Counted from the first letter of the stretch, positions 35,753-44,775 are shown. The stretch: DNA of 63,254 nt from Oscillospiraceae bacterium (GCA_045660685.1 JAZREI010000140.1:1-63254); one strand, 5' to 3'. The notes: a model not told the origin generated them from the letters alone. Numbers and translations: made by a program.

Positions 35753-36898
35753 ATGATTTATCTCGACAACGCAGCAACAACTAAGGTTTGCCAAGCGGCA
35801 GCGGATATTGCATACAAAATGATGCTGGAGAGCTACGGCAATCCCAGCTCCACCCACGCAGCGGGACGCACTGCCAAGAAGGCACTGGACACCGCTCGCA
35901 AGCAGGTCGCTCAGGCACTGGGCTGCGATGCGGCAGAAGTGTACTTCACCGCCTGCGGCTCCGAGTCCGACAACTGGGCAATTCTCCGCGGTGCGGAATC
36001 CATGCGCCGCAAGGGTATGCATGTCATCAGCTCCACCGTAGAGCACGATGCGGTCCGCAAGTCTCTGGACGAGCTGGAGCGTCTGGGCTACGAAGTCACC
36101 CGTCTGCAGCCCGACGAGAAGGGCGCAGTTTCCGTAGAGTCCGTAAAAAACGCACTCCGTAAGGATACTATACTCGTTTCTTTGATGATGGTCAACAACG
36201 AAACGGGGGCTCTCACCGACATTTCCGCCATCTCTCGTATGCTCAAAGCTGAAAAGAGCATGGCACTGCTGCACACCGACGCCGTACAGGCTTTCATGAA
36301 GGTGCCCTTCAAGGCCTCTACTCTGGGTGCGGATATGATTTCTCTCTCCGCTCATAAGATTCACGGACCCAAGGGCGTAGGCGCTTTGTACATCAGCAAG
36401 ACCATGCGCCCCGTATCCAAGCTGCTGCCCTATCTGCTGGGTGGCAGTCAGGAAAACGGTATGCGTGCAGGCACGGAAAACCTCCCCGGCATCGCCGCTT
36501 TCGGCGCAGCTGCGGAAGAAGCACGCAAGAGCCTCAACAGCTCTGTCAAGCGCATGAACGAGCTGCGCAGCCATGCCATCGCCCGTCTCACCACGGAAAC
36601 CGAGGGCGTTGTCATCATCGGCGGCGGCACTCCTCACATTCTCTCTCTGTCCATGCCCGGCTACCCCAGTGAGGTAGTCATGAACTATCTGGAGCGGGAC
36701 GGCATTTGCATCGCAAAAAGCTCCGCCTGCAAAAAGGGCGGGCGGAGCCATGTATTGGAAGCGATTGGACTGGCGCCTGCGGTCATTGACTCCGCACTGC
36801 GCATCAGCTTCTCCCGCTTCACTACTTTGGAGGAGGTTGATGCACTTTGCGACGGATTACTCCGTGCAAAGCAGCAGTTATTCCCCACTCTCGGTTGA
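35753..36898 (+). CDS. Cysteine desulfurase (NifS/IscS class V aminotransferase family)
   Basis: The PLP-Lys context is SLSAHKIHGPKG and the active-site Cys context is SSACKKG. 381 aa. Confidence 0.9.
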   Translation: MIYLDNAATTKVCQAAADIAYKMMLESYGNPSSTHAAGRTAKKALDTARKQVAQALGCDAAEVYFTACGSESDNWAILRGAESMRRKGMHVISSTVEHDAVRKSLDELERLGYEVTRLQPDEKGAVSVESVKNALRKDTILVSLMMVNNETGALTDISAISRMLKAEKSMALLHTDAVQAFMKVPFKASTLGADMISLSAHKIHGPKGVGALYISKTMRPVSKLLPYLLGGSQENGMRAGTENLPGIAAFGAAAEEARKSLNSSVKRMNELRSHAIARLTTETEGVVIIGGGTPHILSLSMPGYPSEVVMNYLERDGICIAKSSACKKGGRSHVLEAIGLAPAVIDSALRISFSRFTTLEEVDALCDGLLRAKQQLFPTLG

Positions 36899-38206
36899 TT
36901 CTTCCGAATGTTTCGGGGGTTCTTTCCCCACCGTCATTTGTTCTCTGGTTTTGGGAACAGGAATCCCCGTTTCCTCATCCATATGGGACATATCCACATA
37001 CAACGCGGCTTCGTCACTGAGGCCGCGTTTTTTCAGGCCTATGCTCAATGCACCTTCAAAGGCAGCGGTCAGCACCACAAACAAAGGCACACCGATGATC
37101 ATACCGCCTACGCCGAACAGGTCGCCCATGACGATAATGGCAAACATAATCCAGAAGCCGTTGATACCAACGGAGTTGCCCAGAATCTTGGGACCAATGA
37201 TATTGCCGTCAATCTGCTGGATAACAAAGATCATCAGCAGGAACAAGGGCAGCTTGGAGGGCTGAACCATCAAAATGATAACGGCACCGGGCACGGCACC
37301 GATAAAGGGACCGAAGATGGGAATGATATTGGTCACGCCTACAATGATTGCAATGAATGCAGGGTAAGGCATCTTCAGCGCCAGACAGCTGCAGTAGGTC
37401 AGCACACCGATAATGGCGGAGTCGATGATTTTGCCAATCAGGAAGCCCATAAAAGCTTCATTGGCAAAATGAACCAGAGAGATGGTCTTTTCGCAGCGCT
37501 TAACACCCAGCATCGCATACATCAAGCGCTTCCAGGTAGCCGCAAAACGCTCACGGTTATACAGCACATAGCAGCTGATGACCGCACCGATGAGAATATC
37601 CAGCACATACATCAGCGCGCGGTACACACCGCCGGTAACCGTAATGATAACACCCTTTACGTCACCCAGCACATTGGCAATCATGGGCATCAGCTCGGTG
37701 TTGACCCAGTTTGCCAGTTCATCGGAGGCATTGCGCATGAGCGCTTCTACCTCATGGGCAAACTCGGGATTGTTTTCAAACAGACGGTTGATGAAATCGG
37801 TCAGGTTGTTCAGATACACACTGTAGTTGGTGTAAATGCTGGCAACGCTCTCATAAACCGTAGGCAGCAGAATGCGAATCAGAATGAAGAAAATCACACC
37901 TGCGCTAATCAGCGCCAAAGCAATGGCAGCCACACGGGGCGCACCGCCGCTGGGCACCTTTTTTTTAGTGAGCTTACACATGAGGGGATTGAGCATCCGA
38001 TACTCAAAATAGCGGGTCAGAGGCAGCAGCAGATAGGCAATCACGAAGCCCCAGATAAAGGGGGTCAGAATGGACAGGATTTCCCCACCGGCAGCAAGAA
38101 GCGCATCAAAATTCTGCAAAATGGCGTTAAACAAAATACAGCCGCATACCACCCACAACACCGTGGTACCAAACTGGAAGTAAGGGGATTTGAAAAACTT
38201 TTTCAA
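36878..38206 (-). CDS. AI-2E family transporter (UPF0118/PerM)
   Basis: It has multiple TM segments and the conserved C-terminal block IQQIDGNIIGPKILGNSVGINGFWIMFAII. There is no in-frame ATG near the 5' end. I chose TTG 38206 (AAGGAG 6 nt upstream), giving (M)KKFFKSPYF... The 3' end overlaps the convergent desulfurase gene by 21 nt. Confidence 0.8.
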   Translation of the reverse strand: MKKFFKSPYFQFGTTVLWVVCGCILFNAILQNFDALLAAGGEILSILTPFIWGFVIAYLLLPLTRYFEYRMLNPLMCKLTKKKVPSGGAPRVAAIALALISAGVIFFILIRILLPTVYESVASIYTNYSVYLNNLTDFINRLFENNPEFAHEVEALMRNASDELANWVNTELMPMIANVLGDVKGVIITVTGGVYRALMYVLDILIGAVISCYVLYNRERFAATWKRLMYAMLGVKRCEKTISLVHFANEAFMGFLIGKIIDSAIIGVLTYCSCLALKMPYPAFIAIIVGVTNIIPIFGPFIGAVPGAVIILMVQPSKLPLFLLMIFVIQQIDGNIIGPKILGNSVGINGFWIMFAIIVMGDLFGVGGMIIGVPLFVVLTAAFEGALSIGLKKRGLSDEAALYVDMSHMDEETGIPVPKTREQMTVGKEPPKHSEESTESGE

Positions 38207-38529
38207 GGCGTTCTCCTTTTCAACAGCGAATTTCTCTTTGCTACCATCATACCCCAACAAAACAAACTCCGTCAATGCCCTTTGCTTTGCAAAGGGCGTT
38301 AATTTTTTGTGAACATCTCCGCAATGAATATATTCACCTTTCTATTCACTCACAAAAACTTTTGATGTTGAAAACTCTGTTGGAAATGTGCAAAACCGTG
38401 GAAAACCCAAATTTTACCGTCACTGTAAAGACATAGTTTATTCACTGTTTTGTAACCTCATCGAAATGGATTTCATATCCCTCCTTCATTCCGCATACAC
38501 TCCCATATATTCCCATCGGAGGTCTGCCC

Positions 38530-39669
38530 ATGAAATTCGCCGCCGCTCTGTTTCTTGCCGTGGTCCTGCTGACCACGCCCTGTCACGCCATCACCACGCT
38601 CACGGATGATGATATCTCCATTACCGCCCCTGCCGCCTGTCTCATGGAGCAGGAAACGGGCACAGTGATTTACGAAAAAGACGCCCACACCCCTCGCCAC
38701 ATTGCTTCGGTGACCAAGGTCATGACCCTATTGCTTGTTATGGAAGCCATCGACAGCGGCAGCTTAACATGGACAGACACCGTCACCGCCACCGCCCAAG
38801 CCGCCTCCATGGGAGGCAGTCAGATTTGGCTGGAAGCGGGAGAAACCATGACCGTTGAGGAAATGGTCAAATGCATCACCGTAGTCTCCGCCAACGACTG
38901 CAGCGTTGCCATGGCGGAGCATCTCTGCGGCACGGAGGAAGCCTTCGTCCGCCGCATGAATGAGCGGGCAGCAGAGCTGGGCATGGAGCATACCCACTTC
39001 ACCAACTGCACAGGGCTGTTTGATGCCGACGACCACTACGCCTGCGCCTATGACGTTGCCCTCATGGCACGGGAGCTGATTTCCCACGAGGACATTAAAC
39101 GGTTTTCCACCATCTGGATGGATACCGCACGGGGCGGTGAATTCGGACTCAGCAACACCAATAAGCTCATCCACAACTATAAAGGTGCCACGGGACTGAA
39201 AACAGGCTTCACCGACGGTGCGAAATACTGCCTCGCCGCCACCGCGGAGCGGGACGGAGATGCCTTCGTGGCGTCAGTATTGGGGGCTGACACTACCAAT
39301 GACCGTTTTAACAGCGCCTCCACCCTACTAAACTTCGCCTTTGCAGGCTATACCCTCTGCGATTTGACCGAAACTCTCCCCCTGCCTGCCGTCCCCGTCG
39401 CATTGGGAAAAGAATCCGCTGTACAGCCTGTCTACGGCGAGGAGCCCAAGACATTGCTGGAAAAATCAGGCGCAAGCCTGCTGCGGTGTGTACCAAGCCT
39501 GCCCGCAGATTTGGAAGCCCCCGTCACCGCAGGGCAGCTCATCGGCACTGTGCAGGTATACGTAGGAGATGCCATGCTCACGGAAATCCCCGTCCACGCA
39601 GGAGCGGATGTGCCCCGCATGAGTGTGTGGGAAATTTACAAGCTCATGCTGCAAACCCGCTGCGCATAA
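38530..39669 (+). CDS. D-alanyl-D-alanine carboxypeptidase (S11, PBP5/DacB-like)
   Basis: A signal peptide is followed by SxxK (ASVTKVMT), SxN (SANDC) and KTG (LKTGFT). Confidence 0.9.
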   Translation: MKFAAALFLAVVLLTTPCHAITTLTDDDISITAPAACLMEQETGTVIYEKDAHTPRHIASVTKVMTLLLVMEAIDSGSLTWTDTVTATAQAASMGGSQIWLEAGETMTVEEMVKCITVVSANDCSVAMAEHLCGTEEAFVRRMNERAAELGMEHTHFTNCTGLFDADDHYACAYDVALMARELISHEDIKRFSTIWMDTARGGEFGLSNTNKLIHNYKGATGLKTGFTDGAKYCLAATAERDGDAFVASVLGADTTNDRFNSASTLLNFAFAGYTLCDLTETLPLPAVPVALGKESAVQPVYGEEPKTLLEKSGASLLRCVPSLPADLEAPVTAGQLIGTVQVYVGDAMLTEIPVHAGADVPRMSVWEIYKLMLQTRCA

Positions 39670-39844
39670 GCACCACCGCACCCATAAGAACACCATCTCC
39701 GCCTTTTATCCAAATTTCACCCCTTAATTTGTATACAAGCCACAGCTTTTGTATTTGCACTTTGCAAATTTCGGTGTATAATGATAGTAGCTATGCTAAT
39801 ATATCAAACAAAGCAAAATTACATATTGAAAGGAATTCATTCTT

Positions 39845-41125
39845 ATGATTAAAGTTGATCTGTCCGGCGCATCTTCTTTCTTCACCGGCAATGGCCCTGA
39901 CTACGCAGCGGTTGCAGAAGCACACCGTATGCTGGCTGAAGGCACCGGCAAGGGCAATGATTTCATCGGCTGGCTGCAGCTGCCCCAGACCATCGCAAAC
40001 ACCGAACTGAAGCAGATTGTAGCATGCGCAGAAAAGATTCGCGCACGTTCTCAGGCTCTGATCGTTGTTGGCATCGGCGGCTCCTATCTGGGCGCTCGCG
40101 CTGCAGTTGACCTGCTGCGCCCCACCATGAAGGAAGGCGACGTGGACATCATCTTCGTAGGCAACGGCCTGTCTCCCGACGGCATGATGGACACTCTGTA
40201 CCGTCTGGGCGATAAGGACTTCGACATTGCTGTTATTTCCAAGTCCGGCACCACTCTGGAACCCGCACTGGCATTCCGTATGTTCAAGGGTCTGCTGTTC
40301 GAAAAGTACGGCGCAGAAGAAGGCGGCAAGCGCATCACCGCTGTTACCGACGCACGCCGCGGCGTTCTGCACGACATGGCAGCCAAGGAAGGCTGGGAAA
40401 TGTTCGTCGTTCCCGATGACGTAGGCGGCCGCTTCTCCGTTCTGTCCGCTGTTGGTCTGCTGCCCATGGCAGTTGCAGGCATCGACGTAGAAAAGGTCAT
40501 CGCTTGCGCTGAAGCAGAATTCAAGGCAATGGACCTGCGCAGCCCCGAAAACCCCGCATGGCAGTACGCAGCTGCACGTCAGCACCTGTACGCAAACGGC
40601 AAGGGCATCGAAATTCTGGCAGCATACGAACCCTCCTTCCGCTTCTTCGCTGAATGGTGGAAGCAGCTGTACGGCGAATCCGAAGGCAAGGACGGCATCG
40701 GCATCTACCCCGCATCCGTAGAATTCACCGCTGACCTGCACTCCATGGGTCAGTACATCCAGGAAGGCGTACGCAACCTGTATGAAACCGTCGTTATGTT
40801 CGACGAAGACCTGTTCAGCTTTGAAGTTCCCCACGAAGTGGGCGACCCCGATGGTCTGAACTATCTGGCAGGCCGTCAGCTGGGCGACATTATGCGCACC
40901 GCAGCAAAGGCAGTTATGCAGGCACACATCGACGGCGGCGTTCCCAACATCGTTGTTTCCGTGCCCAAGCGTGACGAAGCAGGCTTTGCAGCTCTGGTAG
41001 TATTCTTCGAACTGGCTTGCGGTCTCAGCGGCTATGTCAGCGGCGTTAACCCCTTCGACCAGCCCGGCGTAGAAGCATACAAGAAGAACATGTTCCGCAT
41101 GCTCGGCAAGCCCGGCGCAAAGTAA
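39845..41125 (+). CDS. pgi: Glucose-6-phosphate isomerase
   Basis: 426 aa of the short Firmicutes type. Motifs include VVGIGGSYLGARA, ISKSGTTLEP and GESEGKDG. Codon bias is strong and a strong promoter (TATAAT at about 39776) lies upstream. Confidence 0.9.
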   Translation: MIKVDLSGASSFFTGNGPDYAAVAEAHRMLAEGTGKGNDFIGWLQLPQTIANTELKQIVACAEKIRARSQALIVVGIGGSYLGARAAVDLLRPTMKEGDVDIIFVGNGLSPDGMMDTLYRLGDKDFDIAVISKSGTTLEPALAFRMFKGLLFEKYGAEEGGKRITAVTDARRGVLHDMAAKEGWEMFVVPDDVGGRFSVLSAVGLLPMAVAGIDVEKVIACAEAEFKAMDLRSPENPAWQYAAARQHLYANGKGIEILAAYEPSFRFFAEWWKQLYGESEGKDGIGIYPASVEFTADLHSMGQYIQEGVRNLYETVVMFDEDLFSFEVPHEVGDPDGLNYLAGRQLGDIMRTAAKAVMQAHIDGGVPNIVVSVPKRDEAGFAALVVFFELACGLSGYVSGVNPFDQPGVEAYKKNMFRMLGKPGAK

Positions 41126-41355
41126 TCCTCTGTCCATGTAGGGTGGCCGCTTGCTGCCGCCGCTTACGCATCCCACACCCGCAAAATACAGCTTAAAACC
41201 TCGTATTTTTGGCTTGATGCCCGTTTTAACAGGTGTGAAATTGTTCAAAATGTTAGATATTTACCATTTTGACATTTTTTCATTGCACTTGGCAGAAATC
41301 TATGATAATCTACTGACACACAACTTTTTTGAATTACCAAAGGAGAGTGACTACT

Positions 41356-41769
41356 ATGGTTAAAGTCATTATGGGTCTGAAGGGTTCCGGCAAGACCAAG
41401 AAGCTGGTTGACCTGGTTCAGCAGGCAGCTCAGAACGAAAAGGGTGCAGTTGTTTGCATCGAAAAGAAGAAGAATCTCTCTACCGAAATTCCTCACTCCG
41501 TTCGTCTGATCCGTGCTCAGGAATACGGCATTTTCGGCGTAGATATGTTCAAGGGCTACATCGCTGCTCTGTACTCCGGTAACTACGACATCACCCAGAT
41601 TTTTGTTGATAACTTCTACAAGATCATCGACACCGATAACGAAGCTGTTGTAGCTGAAGTTCTGGGCTGGCTGGAAGCATTCAGCAACGCAAACGGCGTT
41701 ACCGTTACTCTGTCCCTGTCCGGCGATGCTGACAAGGCAAGCGAAGCACTGAAGAAGTACTTCATCTGA
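41356..41769 (+). CDS. Small (137 aa) P-loop-containing protein of unknown function
   Basis: I chose ATG 41356 (SD AAGGAGAG). Walker A-like GLKGSGKT is at residues 7-14, with a possible Walker B ITQIFVDN. The codon usage matches pgi and oppA (highly expressed style), and a strong terminator lies at 41786-41820. Confidence 0.7.
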   Translation: MVKVIMGLKGSGKTKKLVDLVQQAAQNEKGAVVCIEKKKNLSTEIPHSVRLIRAQEYGIFGVDMFKGYIAALYSGNYDITQIFVDNFYKIIDTDNEAVVAEVLGWLEAFSNANGVTVTLSLSGDADKASEALKKYFI

Positions 41770-41785
41770 TTTTAATCGATACATA

Positions 41786-41820
41786 AAAAGACACACCAAT
41801 CGGTGTGTCTTTTTTATTTT
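41786..41820 (+). terminator. Intrinsic terminator
   Basis: AGACACACC-AAT-CGGTGTGTCT followed by TTTTTATTTT. Confidence 0.85.
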
Positions 41821-42045
41821 CAGCTCGCACGAACAAACCACTTATCTTTCCACAAAAGCCCGGTATCGTTTCTGCCGTATTCGTCCAACATTTCACCCCA
41901 TTTCAGGCTCTCCTGTGTACGGATTTGTGCATTTTCCATATGCATTCTCTCCGCTTTTCGGCATGTCAATCTCCCCAAATCTCTATCTCCCAAACCCAAA
42001 ATACGGTATAATGGTATCATCTACCACAAGAAAGAAGGTTTTACC

Positions 42046-44580
42046 ATGAAACGCTTCCAACACATTCTCACCATCATAGCCGTGCTGACGGCTTTGCTGT
42101 GCTGCCTGTCCGTGACCGCCTTTGCAGCAGATACAGTTCAAAGCGGCACATTAAATGACAGCATTTCATGGACACTGGATAGCGATGGGGTTCTCACCGT
42201 TTCAGGCCAAGGTGCGATTCCCGCATTCAGCAAACCCGATATTTACACCATAACCACCCCTTGGTTTCCCTACAAAGACCAAATTTTTCATGTAGTTGTA
42301 GAAGAAGGCATTACAGAAATCGGGCAGTATGCTTTCGCTTATCTGGATAAAGCAGAAACCATTACCCTACCCGAAAGCACAGAAAACGTCAGAGTTTATG
42401 CTTTTTTGGACTGCACATCTCTTACAGAATTCACATTCCCCGAAAACGTCAAAGAATTCTATGGCGATGCATTTCTTCACTGCAACTCCCTGAAACGACT
42501 CACCATGCCTAAGGTAAGATGTACCATCAAATTCCTGCCTACGCAATGGTTCCCCGCTATCGAAGAAATCATCTTCCCCGGCGACTCTCCCATCATCGAT
42601 AGCTCCGACCCATTCCGTGCAGGCACCCCCACCATCTACTACCCCGCCGACAATTTCAGCTGGGAAAACTTTAATTTCAAAAGGGTTTCCAACTATTTCC
42701 GTGGCCAATGGGTAGCAGTGCCAAGCGACCTCCCTTCCGATAATCATGATCCCTCTCTCATTGCATATGGCAATGCAGTACAAATGCAGTGGAAACTTGA
42801 TCGCAGCGGCACACTCACCATCAATGGCACTCGAGGTGTGGAAGAATATTTTGATGAACAATATATTCCTTGGTTGGAGTATAGCCATTTGATTAAAACC
42901 ATTGTTATAGAAGATGGCATCACCTCTCTTTCCCCCGCTATTTTTAAAGAGTGTAATAGCCTGAACTCTATTCATATTCCTCCCAGTGTAAAAAAATTCA
43001 CCGGAAGCGGACTCTATGAATTCTCGACAAAAGGCATCGATATCCATATCACCGATTTAGCAGCTTGGTGTGGTTTGGAGTATGAATACGGCCTCAACTT
43101 CTTCCATTCATTTGCTTATACCGGTCCCAACCGACTTTATCTAAACGGCACCCTTTTGGAACATGTTATAATCCCCGACGATATAACTGCAATTTCCGCA
43201 GGTGCTTTCGGAGGCACAAGTATCCAATCCGTTACCATTCCCACAAGCGTAGATACGATTGGCCGAAATGCATTTGCAATGTGCCCTAACCTAAAGAGTG
43301 TCTATATCTCTGATATGGAACAATGGATTACAAAAGCCTTCGCAAAATCCTACATCTACACAGATGCTCATAACGGTGTCGAAATAATTAATGAATACAT
43401 GAGTAACAATCCCGGTTACACCTTGTATATTAACGGTGAAAATGCAAAGTCCATTGTCATTCCTCCTTCCGTCACGGAAATAGGAGACTATACATTTGCA
43501 CTTTGTGCCAACGTAGAAAGTGTCACGTTCCCCTCCAACATCACCCACATCGGCAAAGGCGTATTTTATGGTTGCCGCAAACTGTCTAACCTTGTGATCC
43601 CCGAAAGTGTGGTCTATGTTGATACCAAAGCATTTGCAAATATGAATGGGCTGAAACGCATTACATTCACCGGCGATGCCCCACTGTTTGCCGAAGATTG
43701 CTTCGCACAAACAATCACCAACGCTTACTATCCTACCGATGTTACAAGCTGGACCAATGATGTTCGACAAAACTACGGCGGTAACGTCTACTGGAATCCC
43801 ATCCAAAATCACTACACTCATACATTTGGCCCTTGGGCAGTGGCCAAAAAAGCTACCTGCGAAATTGAAGGCGAGCAACAGCGCTACTGCAGCTTCTGCG
43901 GCTATCATGAAAGCGAAATACTGCCCGTAACAGGACACCAATGGGACAATGGTATAGTGACGAAAGAGCCCACCGCAGATGAACGAGGCGAGAAATGCTT
44001 CACTTGCACAATCTGCCATACACAGAAGATTGAAAGCATCCCAAGCCTTTCCGACAATCCCTTCACCGATGTCAATGAATCCGACTGGTATTATGCACCC
44101 GTCATGTGGGCAAGAGCCAACAACGTCACAGGCGGCACATCTGCAACCACCTTCGGTCCCAACGACGGCTGTACCCGTGCGCAGGTGGTAACTTTCCTGT
44201 GGGCAGCCAACGGCAAGCCCGAGCCCGCATCCATGGATAATCCCTTCACGGATGTCCCCAACGATGCGTGGTATCTGAAGCCCGTACTGTGGGCAGTAGA
44301 ACAGGGCATCACAGGTGGTGTAGCGGAAGGCAAGTTCGGTCCTGACCAAACCTGCACCCGCGCACAAATCGCAACCTTCCTGTACGCAGCCAAGGGTAAG
44401 CCCGCGGTCAGCGGCAAGAGCCCCTTTGATGACGTAGCAGACACCGACTGGTTTGCTAATCCCGTCATCTGGGCAAAGGAAAATGAGGTCACAGGCGGCA
44501 TCAGCGCTACCGAGTTTGGCCCCAATCAGGTCTGCACCCGCGCACAGGTCGTAACATTCCTGTACAAAGTGTATGGTTAA
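42046..44580 (+). CDS. Cell-surface BspA-type leucine-rich-repeat protein with three C-terminal SLH domains
   Basis: I chose ATG 42046, giving signal peptide MKRFQHILTIIAVLTALLCCLSVTAFA. Many LRR_5-type repeats are present (I.IP.SV..IG..AF..C..L). A Cys-rich segment reads CEIEGEQQRYCSFCGYHE...CFTCTICH. Three repeats of F.DV....WY..PV.WA......TGG.....FGP...CTRAQ..TFLY are SLH-like. Confidence 0.85.
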   Translation: MKRFQHILTIIAVLTALLCCLSVTAFAADTVQSGTLNDSISWTLDSDGVLTVSGQGAIPAFSKPDIYTITTPWFPYKDQIFHVVVEEGITEIGQYAFAYLDKAETITLPESTENVRVYAFLDCTSLTEFTFPENVKEFYGDAFLHCNSLKRLTMPKVRCTIKFLPTQWFPAIEEIIFPGDSPIIDSSDPFRAGTPTIYYPADNFSWENFNFKRVSNYFRGQWVAVPSDLPSDNHDPSLIAYGNAVQMQWKLDRSGTLTINGTRGVEEYFDEQYIPWLEYSHLIKTIVIEDGITSLSPAIFKECNSLNSIHIPPSVKKFTGSGLYEFSTKGIDIHITDLAAWCGLEYEYGLNFFHSFAYTGPNRLYLNGTLLEHVIIPDDITAISAGAFGGTSIQSVTIPTSVDTIGRNAFAMCPNLKSVYISDMEQWITKAFAKSYIYTDAHNGVEIINEYMSNNPGYTLYINGENAKSIVIPPSVTEIGDYTFALCANVESVTFPSNITHIGKGVFYGCRKLSNLVIPESVVYVDTKAFANMNGLKRITFTGDAPLFAEDCFAQTITNAYYPTDVTSWTNDVRQNYGGNVYWNPIQNHYTHTFGPWAVAKKATCEIEGEQQRYCSFCGYHESEILPVTGHQWDNGIVTKEPTADERGEKCFTCTICHTQKIESIPSLSDNPFTDVNESDWYYAPVMWARANNVTGGTSATTFGPNDGCTRAQVVTFLWAANGKPEPASMDNPFTDVPNDAWYLKPVLWAVEQGITGGVAEGKFGPDQTCTRAQIATFLYAAKGKPAVSGKSPFDDVADTDWFANPVIWAKENEVTGGISATEFGPNQVCTRAQVVTFLYKVYG

Positions 44581-44684
44581 TCGCGAGCATTTCTGCTGAA
44601 ATGCTATATCGGCTGTCGCCGACGCGATTTCAAGGAAAACCAGCCATGGTTTCCCTTGAGGACCCTTCCTTCACGCACTGCGGC
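44581..44684 (+). repeat. Family-A structured intergenic repeat, compact reference copy
   Basis: It starts at the first base after the LRR-SLH gene's TAA stop. It folds by eye into P1 TCGCG/CGCGA enclosing hairpins AGCATTTC/GAAATGCT and TCGGC/GCCGA. A TCAAGGAAAACCA/TGGTTTCCCTTGA hairpin follows, then the conserved tail CCCTTCCTTCACGCACTGCGGC. Confidence 0.8.
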
Positions 44685-44700
44685 ATAGAAGTAAACAATA

Positions 44701-44737
44701 AAACCACCCTCAACCAAAATCGAGGGTGGTTTTTTTA
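44701..44737. terminator. Bidirectional terminator between the LRR-SLH gene and the LysR gene
   Basis: CCACCCTC-AACCAAAATC-GAGGGTGG flanked by an A-run and a T-run. Confidence 0.75.
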
Positions 44738-44775
44738 TGCATTTATAGAGACCGCCAATAACAAAGGATATACTC

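Noticed and set aside
36878-36898. A 21-nt convergent overlap of the cysteine desulfurase and AI-2E transporter 3' ends.
   Set aside because: Small convergent overlaps are common and need no special explanation. It is noted only for annotation accuracy.
44630-44660. A mini-ORF, MAGFP-stop, on the minus strand of family-A copies (also in the 18637 copy). An SD-like GAAGGAAGG lies upstream of it.
   Set aside because: In the third copy the frame continues into unrelated sequence (MAGSPLVCVG...), and SD-to-ATG spacing is variable. The CCATGG simply forms the loop region of a conserved hairpin, so the apparent ORF is most likely a by-product of the RNA/DNA structure.
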